Below are positions 46,584-57,555 of a DNA stretch of 64,000 nt, in pieces. Positions within the stretch are counted from its first letter, which is position 1. The number at the start of each line of letters is the position of its first letter. The stretch comes from a virus (lineage: Duplodnaviria; Caudoviricetes), in the IMG/VR virus record IMGVR_UViG_3300012855_000001, positions 1,419 to 65,418 of that record; one strand, given 5' to 3'. Made by a program: the position numbers and the translations under genes. The notes beneath the pieces are model-generated. The model saw nothing but the letters and a program-made list of their open reading frames with translations. It had not been told where the DNA came from and ran no database searches.

Positions 46584-49500
46584 GTGCAGGTAATTGCGTA
46601 TGAGTTAAAAATTGACGGTGTAGATGTTGCAATACGCAACCAGAAACAGCTCAAAGAAGCGGTTAAGCTGCTTAACCGGGAGCTGCTGGAGGTTGAGGAT
46701 GCAAACAGGTACAAAGAGATACAGCGAGACCTGGGAGCCTTAAAAGGTATCCAGAAACAGGTACGCGATGAGACCCGTAAAAGCCAGCGGGCATTTTTGG
46801 AGTCTGCCGAAAAAGGGAGCGAAAGTTACCGGGAATTACAGTTTAGGCTCACCAGGCTCAAAAACGAGTACAAAGACCTGGGCCGGGAGGCTAGAGAGTC
46901 CGGCCGTGGATTAAACCTCCAGGGGCAAATTAGCTCCATAACTCAGGAACTCAAAACGATTGACAAAGGCTTTGGGGACAGTTTCAGGAATGTGGGTAAC
47001 TACAAATCCGCTGTGTCTGGGGCTTTTGGTGCTTTAAAGGGTGGGCTGGCTGCCGCTGGCATTGGCCTGGCACTCGATCAAATAAGCCAGGCTTTAATTT
47101 CATCCATCAAACTGTTTGCGGACTTTACCAACCAGGTGGCTATCCTCCAGGCTGTGAGTGGTGCCAGTGCGGATGAGGTGGCAAAACTTAGAGACCGGGC
47201 ACTGGAACTGGGCGAAACCACGCAGTTTACAGCCTCCCAGGTGGCGCAATTGCAGATAAATTTTGCACGGGTGGGATTTGATACCCAGGCAATTGACAAC
47301 GCAACGGAGAGCACCCTGGATTTGGCGCTGGCTACCGGGGAGGATTTGGCTGAAAGTGCTGACGTGGTGGCAGCCACCCTGGGCGGTTACCAGTTATCAG
47401 CCAGGGAGACAAAGCGCGTAAATGATGTCCTGGCTCAGAGTTTCAACTCCTCAGCCCTCCAGCTCGAAACGTTTAGGGAGTCAACAAAGAACGTGGCACC
47501 CGTAGCGGCCTCTGTTGGTATCCAGATAGAGGAGGCCACCGCGTCAATTGCAGCCCTGGCAGATGTAGGCATACGCGGCAGCCGCTCAGGCACAGCGTTG
47601 AGGCGAGTGTTTACAGACCTGGGCACAGAAAGCTCAAAATTGTCCCAGGAGGTGGGCTTTGTGGTTGAGTCATCCGAGGATTACGCACGGGCCCTGGATG
47701 TTTTGCAGGAAAAGCAAATAGGGGTATCTGAGGCAACGGAGCTGGTGGGCCGGGAGGCAGCAACCGCACTGACAGCCTTGGTGGCTCAGCGTGACAGCGT
47801 GGCAAGCCTCTCAGAGGCGTTTAACGAGGCCGGCGAGGTTGTTGATCAGTACGGCAACAAAGTGGGGGCAGCAGCAGCGGCTGCATCTATTGTGGAGGAC
47901 ACGCTCACTGGAGATATAAATAAATTCCGCTCTGCCCTGGAGGGTTTCCAGTTGTTCTTTGTAGACCTTTTTGACAATACAATCAGAGGGGTGGTACAGG
48001 GGGCCACATCTTTGTTTCAGCCGCTACAGTCCACCGTACAGTTTTTATTTGAGGCATTCCGGCCCTTAGTTGATGAGGTGGGGGCTTTAGTCTCCGAGTT
48101 GTTCAGGGGAACAGACCCAGCCAGGCGTTTTGGGCAGGTGCTGGATTTTATACGCAACACACTGGTGCTGGCTATCGGCATAATTACCCAAACTGTACGC
48201 GGCCTCAGGCTTTTTGTCCAGGTAGTAAAGGACACTATTGAGTCCAGCGCATTTTTGAGCGGCGTGGTGGATGGCCTGGCTAATACGTTCAATTTTTTGC
48301 GGGACACATTAGTGGAGATACCAAACGTTTTAAACGGTATCATTAACGCATACGGGGCCCTTCGTGACGCATTCCTGGGAGAGGGTAATTTTTCAGATGT
48401 TGGGGCAGCCTTTACCGAGGGGGCCGAGGCCTCCAGGCGTTATGCTGGAGAACTGGACAACCTCAAAGAGTCAGCAGAGGGAGCCAGCGGCGGTTTACAG
48501 CTCACTAAAGACCAGACCCAGCAGTTGAATGACCTTATACGGAGCCTGGGCAGAGACCTGGGGCTGAGCAGTAAATTATTGGCACAGATTGCAGACGATG
48601 CTGTGGCTAGTGCTGACTCTTTTGAGGACGCTGTTGAGCGTATCAACCAGGCGGCACTCCGGGCATTTGCAAATCAAAGCTCTGACAGCGGCTCAGCGGC
48701 CCCAGAGGGAGACAGCGGGGACACAACGGCTGAAAGGCTCCAGCTCCCGGCAGACGGCTCTGTGGAAGCTCTCAGGGGGCAATTGCAGGATTTAAAGCGG
48801 GAAGTTGAACGGCAGCCCTCTAATAATGCACTGAGGGCCACCTTTGATGAGATCATTGAGAAAGAGCAGGAGCTGCAAAAAGCAGAGGAGACCCTGGCAC
48901 GTCTTAGGATAGAGGCAGAGGGTGGCCGGGAGGCAATCACTGACCAGGCCACAAAGAGCCTGGAGGAGCTGGCAAACGAGGCCAGGAGAGCAGCAAATTT
49001 GCCAGAGGTAAACAACACCATTGGCCAGATAGACACTACGGTAAGCCAGGAGGGCCAGGAGCAGGCAGAGCTGGCAGCAATAGAGCGGCGGTCATTGCGG
49101 CAGATCGAGGCCCTACAGAGTGAAAACCTCGACTTTGAAAAGTACCAGGCCCGCAAAACGGAGATACTGGAGGAGGCAGAGCTGGAGCGGCTGAGGACTC
49201 AGTTAAAGTTTACGGAGGAGGGCAGCCAGGAGTACAGGAGGATAAAAAACCAAATGTATGAGGCAGAGCTGGAGGCAGGCAAAGAGGCAAAGCAGGGCCT
49301 CGTTGAGGTTGAGAATGACTTTTTAGCGCAAGTCAGGGACATTGGACTCAATGCTCTCCAGAGCGTTGTGGATGCCCAGTTTGAGCAGCGCACCCAGGCG
49401 GCAAAGGAGGCAGCAGATGAGAGGCTCAGAATTGCCGAGGAGGAGCGTGACGAGCGGCTGGAGGGAGTTGAGCGTGGCAGCCTGGAGGAGAAACGCATTG

Positions 49501-50189
49501 AGCAGGAGTTTGAGCGGGAGAAAATAGAGCTACAAAAGCAGGCGGCCAGAGAGCAGCAGCGGATTAAAATACAGCAGGCTATTGCCAACACGGCACTGGC
49601 CATAGGTAACGCACTGGCTACAGTCCAGCCTTTTGTGCCAAACGCTGTAGCGGCGGCTGCCCTTGCTGCTATCCGTGGAGCAGCCCAGGTGGCTGTCCTG
49701 CAATCTCAAAGCTTTGCGGCTGGAGGTGTGGTAGACGGGCCGAGCCACTCCCAGGGAGGTGTGCCCATGAGGGTGCGGTCTACCGGCCAGCGTGTGGAGC
49801 TGGAGGGCCAGGAGGGAGTGATCAATAAAAAGTCCATGCGCTCCACCCGTGTTGTGCATGTGTCTGGCACCCCTGCTGAGATAGCCAGCGCAATAAACAA
49901 AATGGACGGCAACGGGGTGCCGTTCCCTGGAGTCAGGGCCGTACCTTTGCGGTATAAATTCCAGGATGGTGGAATGATTCCGGGGGTGCCCGCAACGCTT
50001 GCCAGTTCCAGGGCCCAGGGTTCAATACGGGTAGAAACAGAGCTATCTGGAAACAGTATTGAGGCCATTGAGGCGGCTGTGCTCAGAGGCTCTGCTGTAG
50101 GTACCAAGACAGGAACAAAGGAGGGTACCGTTGAGGCCAATAAGCGCAGAGGGTTTGAGGATAAATTAAACAACAGAATTAACGTATAA
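46584..50189 (+). CDS. Tape measure protein
   Basis: 1201 aa; TP901-type core (LRDRALELGETTQFTASQVA...GIRGSRSGTALR), helical repeats, FAAGGVVDGPSH tail. GTG start. Confidence 0.93.
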   Translation: MQVIAYELKIDGVDVAIRNQKQLKEAVKLLNRELLEVEDANRYKEIQRDLGALKGIQKQVRDETRKSQRAFLESAEKGSESYRELQFRLTRLKNEYKDLGREARESGRGLNLQGQISSITQELKTIDKGFGDSFRNVGNYKSAVSGAFGALKGGLAAAGIGLALDQISQALISSIKLFADFTNQVAILQAVSGASADEVAKLRDRALELGETTQFTASQVAQLQINFARVGFDTQAIDNATESTLDLALATGEDLAESADVVAATLGGYQLSARETKRVNDVLAQSFNSSALQLETFRESTKNVAPVAASVGIQIEEATASIAALADVGIRGSRSGTALRRVFTDLGTESSKLSQEVGFVVESSEDYARALDVLQEKQIGVSEATELVGREAATALTALVAQRDSVASLSEAFNEAGEVVDQYGNKVGAAAAAASIVEDTLTGDINKFRSALEGFQLFFVDLFDNTIRGVVQGATSLFQPLQSTVQFLFEAFRPLVDEVGALVSELFRGTDPARRFGQVLDFIRNTLVLAIGIITQTVRGLRLFVQVVKDTIESSAFLSGVVDGLANTFNFLRDTLVEIPNVLNGIINAYGALRDAFLGEGNFSDVGAAFTEGAEASRRYAGELDNLKESAEGASGGLQLTKDQTQQLNDLIRSLGRDLGLSSKLLAQIADDAVASADSFEDAVERINQAALRAFANQSSDSGSAAPEGDSGDTTAERLQLPADGSVEALRGQLQDLKREVERQPSNNALRATFDEIIEKEQELQKAEETLARLRIEAEGGREAITDQATKSLEELANEARRAANLPEVNNTIGQIDTTVSQEGQEQAELAAIERRSLRQIEALQSENLDFEKYQARKTEILEEAELERLRTQLKFTEEGSQEYRRIKNQMYEAELEAGKEAKQGLVEVENDFLAQVRDIGLNALQSVVDAQFEQRTQAAKEAADERLRIAEEERDERLEGVERGSLEEKRIEQEFEREKIELQKQAAREQQRIKIQQAIANTALAIGNALATVQPFVPNAVAAAALAAIRGAAQVAVLQSQSFAAGGVVDGPSHSQGGVPMRVRSTGQRVELEGQEGVINKKSMRSTRVVHVSGTPAEIASAINKMDGNGVPFPGVRAVPLRYKFQDGGMIPGVPATLASSRAQGSIRVETELSGNSIEAIEAAVLRGSAVGTKTGTKEGTVEANKRRGFEDKLNNRINV

Positions 50190-50192
50190 GCC

Positions 50193-51368
50193 ATGCCAGT
50201 AATTTTAAGCACAGAGCCACCAGCGGTGGTGACTAGGCTGCCAGAAGTAAAGTTCGCATTGAGGCTGACCTCTGCCGGGGTGTACCCATTCCGGCGGTGG
50301 ATGTTTTACCAGCTCCAGGTGGATGGTCAGGGCATACAGAACAACGTAAACCTGGCAAATCCCGTGGGTGTAGATGTGCCTATTGACGCGGCTGAGCTGT
50401 TAAAACCATTTGTGTCCATCCCTTATCCTGGCCTTTCATCGAGTACAGAGCAGAGCATACTGTCCAGCACGGCTGAGGTGCAACTGGTTTATGGAGAATT
50501 TGAGTACAACGTGGATACGCAACAGACCACAGTGGTGAGCAGCTCCTCCTCCAGCACTATTAAAGTAATTGACGCGGCCTCCCAGTTTGTTGATTACCAA
50601 TTTGACCCGAACACACCCAGCCAGGTGCTAATGTCCCGAAAGCCTCAGCGCATAAGTATGTCAAACGATGCCCACGACTGGTTTTATGTGCTGGTGTCAA
50701 ATAACCAGGCAGCCATTGTGTCTGTGCGTTTGTTCGATAAAGCAGGCACTCAGATAGGGGGCCAGTCCGTGGTTTTGTCTCCAGGTTATGCTGGGTATGT
50801 CCCCGTGGGTGGTGCAAACATGCTATCCAGTGTAGCCGGGAGCAGCAGCCCTGCCACTTGGGGGTATGCCACCGTGGCGATTACTGGCATAGTTGGCTGG
50901 CAAACGACTGAGTATAGAATAAGTTACGACCGTGACCCATGTGAGAAAGAGGTGGCCGAGGTTCACTTTAAAGAGCCAGTTGGAGGTTGGAGCGGTATGG
51001 ACTTCGACACTATACGGAAAAACAGGGTGCGCACGTCTACTGTTTCAGAGGGGCGGTACCAGTGGGGTACCACTCCAGCGGACAACCTCTCTCTGGACTC
51101 AGGCGGCCGGCGCATTGCAAGCCTCCAGGCGGCCGAGGAGGTCACCCTCACCAGGGAGTTTGACAGGAGAGAGGCCTATGATTACAGGGACTATTTGGGC
51201 AGCATGGTCTCCTCTGAGCGTGTGGGCGTTAAAATGGTGCTACCTAATGGAGAGCAGGCATTTGTACCGGGTATCATTACCAATGACAACCTGGACACGT
51301 ATGTGCCAGACAGTAAATTTGAGTTCTCTATTACTATTCGATTATTCAAGGATTTTATAAGCGCATAG
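50193..51368 (+). CDS. Minor tail / distal tail protein
   Basis: Directly after the TMP; beta-rich. Confidence 0.55.
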   Translation: MPVILSTEPPAVVTRLPEVKFALRLTSAGVYPFRRWMFYQLQVDGQGIQNNVNLANPVGVDVPIDAAELLKPFVSIPYPGLSSSTEQSILSSTAEVQLVYGEFEYNVDTQQTTVVSSSSSSTIKVIDAASQFVDYQFDPNTPSQVLMSRKPQRISMSNDAHDWFYVLVSNNQAAIVSVRLFDKAGTQIGGQSVVLSPGYAGYVPVGGANMLSSVAGSSSPATWGYATVAITGIVGWQTTEYRISYDRDPCEKEVAEVHFKEPVGGWSGMDFDTIRKNRVRTSTVSEGRYQWGTTPADNLSLDSGGRRIASLQAAEEVTLTREFDRREAYDYRDYLGSMVSSERVGVKMVLPNGEQAFVPGIITNDNLDTYVPDSKFEFSITIRLFKDFISA

Positions 51369-51370
51369 GA

Positions 51371-53569
51371 ATGGACAAAATACTCATTGTTGACCCACCA
51401 CCAGGCACACCTCCAGAGTTTTTGGAGGACGGGGAGCTATTCCTGGAGCTGTCCCCCAGTTTCTCGTTTGAGCTGACAGAAAACGCGGCAGAGCTTAACG
51501 ATGTCAACAAGCTCAAAGGCAGCGGCGTGTTGGGTTTTTCTGTCCAGACCACCACAAAGAACCTGTTTATATTTGAGCGTTTTATCCACCCTCAAAGCAG
51601 GGACAACACGGCTGAGCCATATGAGGTGGTTTGCATAGGTAATGGCTTTAAAGTGCTACCTCAGAACAGGCTATATTTTAGGGGGTACCAAGACGCTGGC
51701 CCGGGGAGTTTTGGCTCTATAGATTTGGAAGTGATTGAGGAGGATGAGTTTTGGATAAAGAAAGCACAGGAGCTGTTTTTAAATGAGATTGACCTGGGAG
51801 AGTTTGAGATCACACGGGAGGGCATTATTGCTGACTGGCAAAATAACGATGGCTTATACTCAACAGCTCAGGGGAATACCAGCCTTTGGACTCCAGTAGA
51901 TTATGGGGTTTTTCAGCGTCCACAGGATGATTTTTATGGGGTTTTGATCGAGGATTTAAGGCCCCTAGTTTCTTTGTCTGCTGTGCTCCAGCAGGGTTTT
52001 AAGCAGATAGGGTATAAACTGCAAAGCCCATTACTCGCAAATGATGAGTGGTTTAATCGTCTTTGGTGCTATCTGCTGGGCACGGAGTTTGTCTATGATG
52101 GGCAGGGAGCTGGCTGGACGGCAGAGGCAGAGATCACTGGTACACCCAAATTTTTTGCACCTGCTCAGGGAGGTGCCCAGAGCAACCCTTTGTTTTTTGA
52201 CTCGATCACAAACGACCCGTCCGGCGGCCTTAATGAGGTAGAAATTGGAACACCTCCAAATATCGGGCTGACGTTTGACACGACCACGTTTAGCTATTTG
52301 CGGCCAGGCAATTCAGACTACCGGGTAACTTTTGATTTTAAAGTAAGGGGAACCAGCACGGCCAATTTTTCCATTGCCTTTGATGCTGCCCTTTATTCGT
52401 ATCCAGCACAGGAGCGGCTGGATGTTAAACCAGACCTGGTAATTGAGCCAGGAGAGGAGCCAGAGTTTACCGTGGAGTTTGAGTTTAACATTGAGTTTGG
52501 GCAGCGGGTGTATTTAGCCCTAGAGGCATTGCACCCTATTGACCAGAGTGCCATCTTTATCACATTCGTTGAGGTTCTCCCAGGCTCCACTGTCACATTT
52601 ACACCCATAGGGAACCAGTTTTATGAGGGAGACCTGGTACCAGTTGGCCAACTTTTAAACCCTGAGTACACCCTCATGGACTTGATCAAAGGCACCCTCC
52701 ACCTGGTCAAGGGTTATATTTATGAGGAGGCCCCCAGAGATTTGTGGATATACCCCAGGGAGGAGACCCTCATTTATGATGAGGTTGTGGAGGGCTACTT
52801 TAGGGGTATGGACAACGTGGTGGATTTGACTCAATACACAAACCGGGGCACGGAGGAGGTGGCGTTTCAGGACACAGACTCAGCCAGGTATATACGTATT
52901 CGATTTGCAAAAAGCTCAGATGGGTTTATTGAAAAAAACGGACTAGAAAACGATGGGCCATTGTTCTCTCACCTGGAGGACTTAGAGCGGGGTGACATCA
53001 AAGAGACCGTGGAGTATGAAAACCCATTTTTTGAGCCAACGGCAAACACTCAGTTTTACAATAAGGAAGTGCCGGCCATGTGGGACTCAAAGGAGCCAGT
53101 TTCCCCTGCCGTGGAAATAGCACCCAGGATTTTGTATTGTGAGGGGTATAAATTTTTGCGCACAAACCTGGGCCCCATTACGGCTGAGGAGCTGTCCGGG
53201 TGGGTGTTTGAAAACACAGAGCTGACCAGGATTATATACATAGGGCAGACTTTGAAAAACTTTAGAGTTCAAACACAGACTGGCTTTGCAGTACAGGTAG
53301 AAAAGTGCATAGCATACGGAGACCCAACCCTCAGGGATTTGTACGACCAGTTTTGGAAATATTTTGCTACCTCGATAAAGTACAACCGCACGTTTGCGTA
53401 TGAGGCAGAGCTGCCATTTGACGTTTACGATAACCTGGATTTTCGCTCCAGGGTTTTGGTGTACTACCGGGGGCGCATGACAGTTGGAGAGCTACTCTCA
53501 AAAGAGGGGTATGAGATAGGCGGCTCTCAAAAAGTCAAATTATTGATCAAACCTAATGCAGCGTTTTAA
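51371..53569 (+). CDS. Minor tail / baseplate hub protein
   Basis: 732 aa, second gene after the TMP. Confidence 0.55.
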   Translation: MDKILIVDPPPGTPPEFLEDGELFLELSPSFSFELTENAAELNDVNKLKGSGVLGFSVQTTTKNLFIFERFIHPQSRDNTAEPYEVVCIGNGFKVLPQNRLYFRGYQDAGPGSFGSIDLEVIEEDEFWIKKAQELFLNEIDLGEFEITREGIIADWQNNDGLYSTAQGNTSLWTPVDYGVFQRPQDDFYGVLIEDLRPLVSLSAVLQQGFKQIGYKLQSPLLANDEWFNRLWCYLLGTEFVYDGQGAGWTAEAEITGTPKFFAPAQGGAQSNPLFFDSITNDPSGGLNEVEIGTPPNIGLTFDTTTFSYLRPGNSDYRVTFDFKVRGTSTANFSIAFDAALYSYPAQERLDVKPDLVIEPGEEPEFTVEFEFNIEFGQRVYLALEALHPIDQSAIFITFVEVLPGSTVTFTPIGNQFYEGDLVPVGQLLNPEYTLMDLIKGTLHLVKGYIYEEAPRDLWIYPREETLIYDEVVEGYFRGMDNVVDLTQYTNRGTEEVAFQDTDSARYIRIRFAKSSDGFIEKNGLENDGPLFSHLEDLERGDIKETVEYENPFFEPTANTQFYNKEVPAMWDSKEPVSPAVEIAPRILYCEGYKFLRTNLGPITAEELSGWVFENTELTRIIYIGQTLKNFRVQTQTGFAVQVEKCIAYGDPTLRDLYDQFWKYFATSIKYNRTFAYEAELPFDVYDNLDFRSRVLVYYRGRMTVGELLSKEGYEIGGSQKVKLLIKPNAAF

Positions 53570-53779
53570 ATGACAATAAACATAAACCTGACCCCAGAGG
53601 AGGAGGAGCAACTCCTGGAGGTCTCTGAGGAGCACGGGGGACAGGCTGGCTTAAATTGGTTACAAACAAACGGCAAGCTGCCACCAGGTTGCACGACTTG
53701 CCAACAATCTGAGATAATACAATGGATTACGTTGATGGCAATAATGAGGGAGGAGGACAGCAGCAACAGCACCCGCTGA
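53570..53779 (+). CDS. Small hypothetical protein (CxxC)
   Basis: 69-aa ORF. Confidence 0.55.
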   Translation: MTININLTPEEEEQLLEVSEEHGGQAGLNWLQTNGKLPPGCTTCQQSEIIQWITLMAIMREEDSSNSTR

Positions 53780-53787
53780 GGAGAAAA

Positions 53788-54021
53788 ATGGTGCTAAGGG
53801 TTTGCCGGGAGGTGCTCAATATCCGGGCCCAGTCATACGAGGACATCCCTGGGAATGTTCGCAAATTTTTAGCATTTTTGCCATACAGAGAACTCATACG
53901 GCCTTTAATGGAGATAGACAGGAGGCGCGGTTTGTCATACGGCCAGTTGTGCATTACTTTTGATGTCCCTAAAGGGTACGTGGAATATCATTTTAACAGT
54001 AAACAAAAATTCGAGGAATGA
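53788..54021 (+). CDS. Small HTH-like protein
   Basis: RRRGLSYGQLCITFDVPKGYVEY resembles an HTH. Confidence 0.4.
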   Translation: MVLRVCREVLNIRAQSYEDIPGNVRKFLAFLPYRELIRPLMEIDRRRGLSYGQLCITFDVPKGYVEYHFNSKQKFEE

Positions 54022-54410
54022 AAACCAGACACATTGCACTAATAGTGAGCATTGCGTTGGCCGCTGGACTCTTTGGAGCCTGGGGGTACAACCAACTGGG
54101 AGAACCAAAGACAGGAGCCTATGAGACGAGCCTGGAGCCTATCCTGAGGGATTACTGCTATTATGTGGTAATAGACTACCCGCAAAGCGTAAAAGGCCAG
54201 CCAGAGCGGCCTGAGGTCTTTGTGGTGGATTTTACCGTAAAGAGCAAAGGCGCTCCAGACAAACAGCGTGTGGCTAATGCGTTCAAATTTGGGTACCCGT
54301 ATTTGTACCGCAACTATTTTGATAGTGAGCGGCACAAATTCCGCAAGTGCTCAGGAGCCAGGCCAGACAAACAGGAGCCAGAGCTGGAGGAGCCAGAGCT
54401 GGGAGATTAG
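54018..54410 (+). CDS. Membrane-anchored or exported hypothetical protein
   Basis: N-terminal HIALIVSIALAAGLFGAWG; terminator near 54440-54470. Confidence 0.6.
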   Translation: MKTRHIALIVSIALAAGLFGAWGYNQLGEPKTGAYETSLEPILRDYCYYVVIDYPQSVKGQPERPEVFVVDFTVKSKGAPDKQRVANAFKFGYPYLYRNYFDSERHKFRKCSGARPDKQEPELEEPELGD

Positions 54411-54553
54411 CTTTAATGTTTTCACCATAGTATTTTTTTGAGCCATTCCAAACGGAGTGGCTTTTTTTTGTGTCATGCTGAGCCAGAGTCATTGCTCTCC
54501 AGCTCTATGTAAAACAGGTGTAAAAACACTATAATTGCACAAAAGCAATTGTA

Positions 54554-55645
54554 ATGCCAACAGGAGTAAAGCAGATTAACACCGTCCGAAATATTGGGTG
54601 GGGATACAACGAGGAGGATTTGCAGGCCCAGCTCGATGGGTTTAGCGGCTCCAAAATCATTGTGCCCATCAACTCTTTTGGAGGTTCTGTCTTTGAGGGC
54701 ATGGCCATGTATAACATTTTGAAGGGCCGCAGGGAAGTGGTAAACACCAAAATACTGGGCATTGCCCTGAGTATGGGCACCATTTTGTCTGCCTCTGCCA
54801 ATGACGGCTATGCTGAGATGCCTGAAAATGGTTATTACATGGTGCACAACCCATCTGGTGGACGCTGGGGGGACGCAAAGCTCATGGAGTCATACGCTGA
54901 CCTTTTGCGGACAATCACAAACGACCTGGCAAACATCTACATAAAGCGCATAACGGCAGCGGGCAAAACCATTACGCTGGAGGAGGTGCTGGATATGATG
55001 GAGCGGGAGACCTGGATGAGTGCCACCAAAGCATTTGAGCTGGGCCTCGTTGACAAGCTCACAGAGGGCGTAAGACTGGAGGCTAATGCAAATCTGGATT
55101 ACATTAAGGAGGCGTTTGACCATGCCCCTGCAAATCTCTTTAGTAAAAACTATTTTATGGACTTTACGGACATTAAAAACAAGATTGACAACCTCGCGGG
55201 GGATGTATCAAAATTGATTAACTCCACCAGTGGGGACAACACCACAGGCGGTGAAGATCAAACCCCAGGAGCTGACGGGAAAGGAGGGGAGACCCCAGGA
55301 GCTGACACCACAGGGGGCGACACTCCAGGAGCTGACACCACAGGCGGTGACACTCAAGCCCCAGGAGCTGACACAGACGGCGGCAGCGATACCAGCGGCC
55401 TGACGGCTGAGGCAGAGCAAGCCATTGAGGCCCTGGTAAACATGAATGAGCAATTTCTGGGCGCATTGACAGCGGCCACTGAGCGGCTGAATAAGCTGGA
55501 GGCAGAAAACCAGGGCCTCAAAGGCCTGGTCAATAAGCTCAAAAGCGGAGACAGCAAAGACAGTAAACGAGTGGCGGCAGCGGCCACTGAGTTGATGGAC
55601 AAAGTACGCAAAGAGCTGAAAGTCAGCAACGAAACCGAGTTTTAA
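54554..55645 (+). CDS. ClpP-like head maturation protease with a scaffold-like tail
   Basis: INSFGGSV, IALSMG (Ser), MVHNP (His), ETWMSA; C-terminal coiled coil. Confidence 0.88.
   Translation: MPTGVKQINTVRNIGWGYNEEDLQAQLDGFSGSKIIVPINSFGGSVFEGMAMYNILKGRREVVNTKILGIALSMGTILSASANDGYAEMPENGYYMVHNPSGGRWGDAKLMESYADLLRTITNDLANIYIKRITAAGKTITLEEVLDMMERETWMSATKAFELGLVDKLTEGVRLEANANLDYIKEAFDHAPANLFSKNYFMDFTDIKNKIDNLAGDVSKLINSTSGDNTTGGEDQTPGADGKGGETPGADTTGGDTPGADTTGGDTQAPGADTDGGSDTSGLTAEAEQAIEALVNMNEQFLGALTAATERLNKLEAENQGLKGLVNKLKSGDSKDSKRVAAAATELMDKVRKELKVSNETEF
55230..55400 (+). repeat. TPGADTTGGD coding tandem repeats
   Basis: About 30-bp units CCAGGAGCTGACACCACAGG. Confidence 0.8.
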
Positions 55646-55717
55646 ACAACTCACTCGCTGGGCTAAAAGGGTGCACAGGTTACGCGTCAACCTTTTACGA
55701 AATTAACCAGTGAGCAA

Positions 55718-56929
55718 ATGAATAAGCTAAGTATAGCCCCTAATTTTATCCCAGGGGAAAACGGGGATTTTTTCTTTACCCACCAGCAGCTCAACAAGAT
55801 CAGCCGGGCCCGGTACCAGGACGACTTTGGTTTTTACCAGCGCACGTTTAACCCATTTACGTACATGCCAATGGACAGGCGCAACAATTTTGTTGTGCAC
55901 TACCCCAAGGGCACACCGTTGATGTGGCAGCCTTACAAAGCGTGTTCCTATGAGAGCACAGGCTCCATGACCCTCGACCGCAGAGAGCTGACCCCTGACC
56001 CCATTTACATGCGGGAACAGTTTTGCCATGACATCCTGTTTGACTCCTGCTTTGAGCACATGCTGCAATACACGCAGGGTGGAGACATCGTACTGGATAA
56101 CGAGGGTATCCAGATTTTCAACACTTTGGTGGATGAGCTGCTGGCTAACGCTCAGCTCGGTTTCCGTATCTCTGCCGTGGCCGGCCAAATTTTCGATGTC
56201 AACAGCGTGGATTTTTCCACTGACAACACGGCGAATTTGACCAGCCTCTTTAAGCGGACACACCCGACCATGAAAGGTGTACTCAAACTGGCATACGACA
56301 TGGCCCGTGTGAGTGCTCCCTGGCTAGACCAGGATTTGGTCACAGCGTCTGACTTTGATGCCACGGGCGAGTTTACAGGCAATCCAGTGGAGTTGGTTGA
56401 GAAAATTATGGGCAACGCTCGTAAGCCTCTCAAAGTGCTGTACAACCGTGGCCGTGTGGTCACTAACAGCCGTTTTAACTTTATGCCTGAGATCATTGCC
56501 TCTGACTCGTATTACAACGCATTTTTGCGTCAATACAACGATGAGGGCAAACTCAGCATGACCAACCGCACCCGGTTGACCAAAGAGGAGTTTAATGACC
56601 CTCAGGTGGGCCGCATTGAGGTACTTTACCTGGATGGCCGTATTCCTATCATTCCGCTCTCTGAGATCAACGGTTTTGACCCATACGTGGCGGGTAACCT
56701 CCACGCTCTCATGGTGACTGGCTCAGGCAATCTGCAAATTGGCGCAAGCTTTGCCAGCCTGCCACAAGACATGGAGGGCCGGGACATTGGCGTAATGATC
56801 GGCCGCAACGATGACATGAACGATGACAAATATGGTATGTACACAGTGCTCTCACACGCACTGGGCAAAACTGCCATTGCTGACGTGGATTACCTGGCTG
56901 GTACGATCAAGTACACAAAGCCAGCGTAA
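55718..56929 (+). CDS. Major capsid protein
   Basis: 403 aa, directly after the protease/scaffold gene; distinct high-expression-like codon use (TTC, AAC, CGT). Confidence 0.75.
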   Translation: MNKLSIAPNFIPGENGDFFFTHQQLNKISRARYQDDFGFYQRTFNPFTYMPMDRRNNFVVHYPKGTPLMWQPYKACSYESTGSMTLDRRELTPDPIYMREQFCHDILFDSCFEHMLQYTQGGDIVLDNEGIQIFNTLVDELLANAQLGFRISAVAGQIFDVNSVDFSTDNTANLTSLFKRTHPTMKGVLKLAYDMARVSAPWLDQDLVTASDFDATGEFTGNPVELVEKIMGNARKPLKVLYNRGRVVTNSRFNFMPEIIASDSYYNAFLRQYNDEGKLSMTNRTRLTKEEFNDPQVGRIEVLYLDGRIPIIPLSEINGFDPYVAGNLHALMVTGSGNLQIGASFASLPQDMEGRDIGVMIGRNDDMNDDKYGMYTVLSHALGKTAIADVDYLAGTIKYTKPA

Positions 56930-56967
56930 AGGGTAAACCCTATTTGTAAACACAAAAACTAGAGACA

Positions 56968-57528
56968 ATGCCAGATTTTAGTTGTGCGGTAAACCCCATC
57001 TCCACCTCAGGTAACTGTCAAGACCAGGGCGGCCTGCTCACCTTGTTCCTTATCGAGGACTCAAACGTGGACTGGGAAAACAGCACCTGGGACGATGCAG
57101 GCTATGCAATAACAGCCTGGACGCTGTTAAATGCAGCCTCATGGGCTGAGGTAACCTTTGAGCGGAGAAACGGCCGGCTGGACTCTCTGTACACTTTGGA
57201 CAATGGGTTTTATGAGGTCAACCTCCAGAACCTGCTGCTCAAAGGGCATGAGACACAGCGGACAATCAGCCTGGGGCAAATGCTGTCATGCTGTGGCCTT
57301 ATCGGCCAGCTCCATGACAACAACGGCCAGGCCCGTATCCTGGGCAAAGAGTATATCAGTGGCGGCTGGGTTGACCCAGTAGACCGTTTGCGTATCTCCC
57401 GGCACCTGGACACCCACGGGGCGTTTGGTACTGCTGACGATACCAGCCGGGATGAGTTCGATTTGAGCTGTAACCACTCAAAACCTCTGCCCTACTCCAC
57501 CGTATCACTCGCAGACATGCGGGCGTAA
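56968..57528 (+). CDS. Major tail tube protein
   Basis: 186 aa; N-terminal C...CQDQGGLLTLFL pattern and NGFYEVNL...LKG typical of Bacteroidota siphophage tube proteins. Confidence 0.65.
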   Translation: MPDFSCAVNPISTSGNCQDQGGLLTLFLIEDSNVDWENSTWDDAGYAITAWTLLNAASWAEVTFERRNGRLDSLYTLDNGFYEVNLQNLLLKGHETQRTISLGQMLSCCGLIGQLHDNNGQARILGKEYISGGWVDPVDRLRISRHLDTHGAFGTADDTSRDEFDLSCNHSKPLPYSTVSLADMRA

Positions 57529-57555
57529 TTTTTCGACACACAAAAAGACCATACA

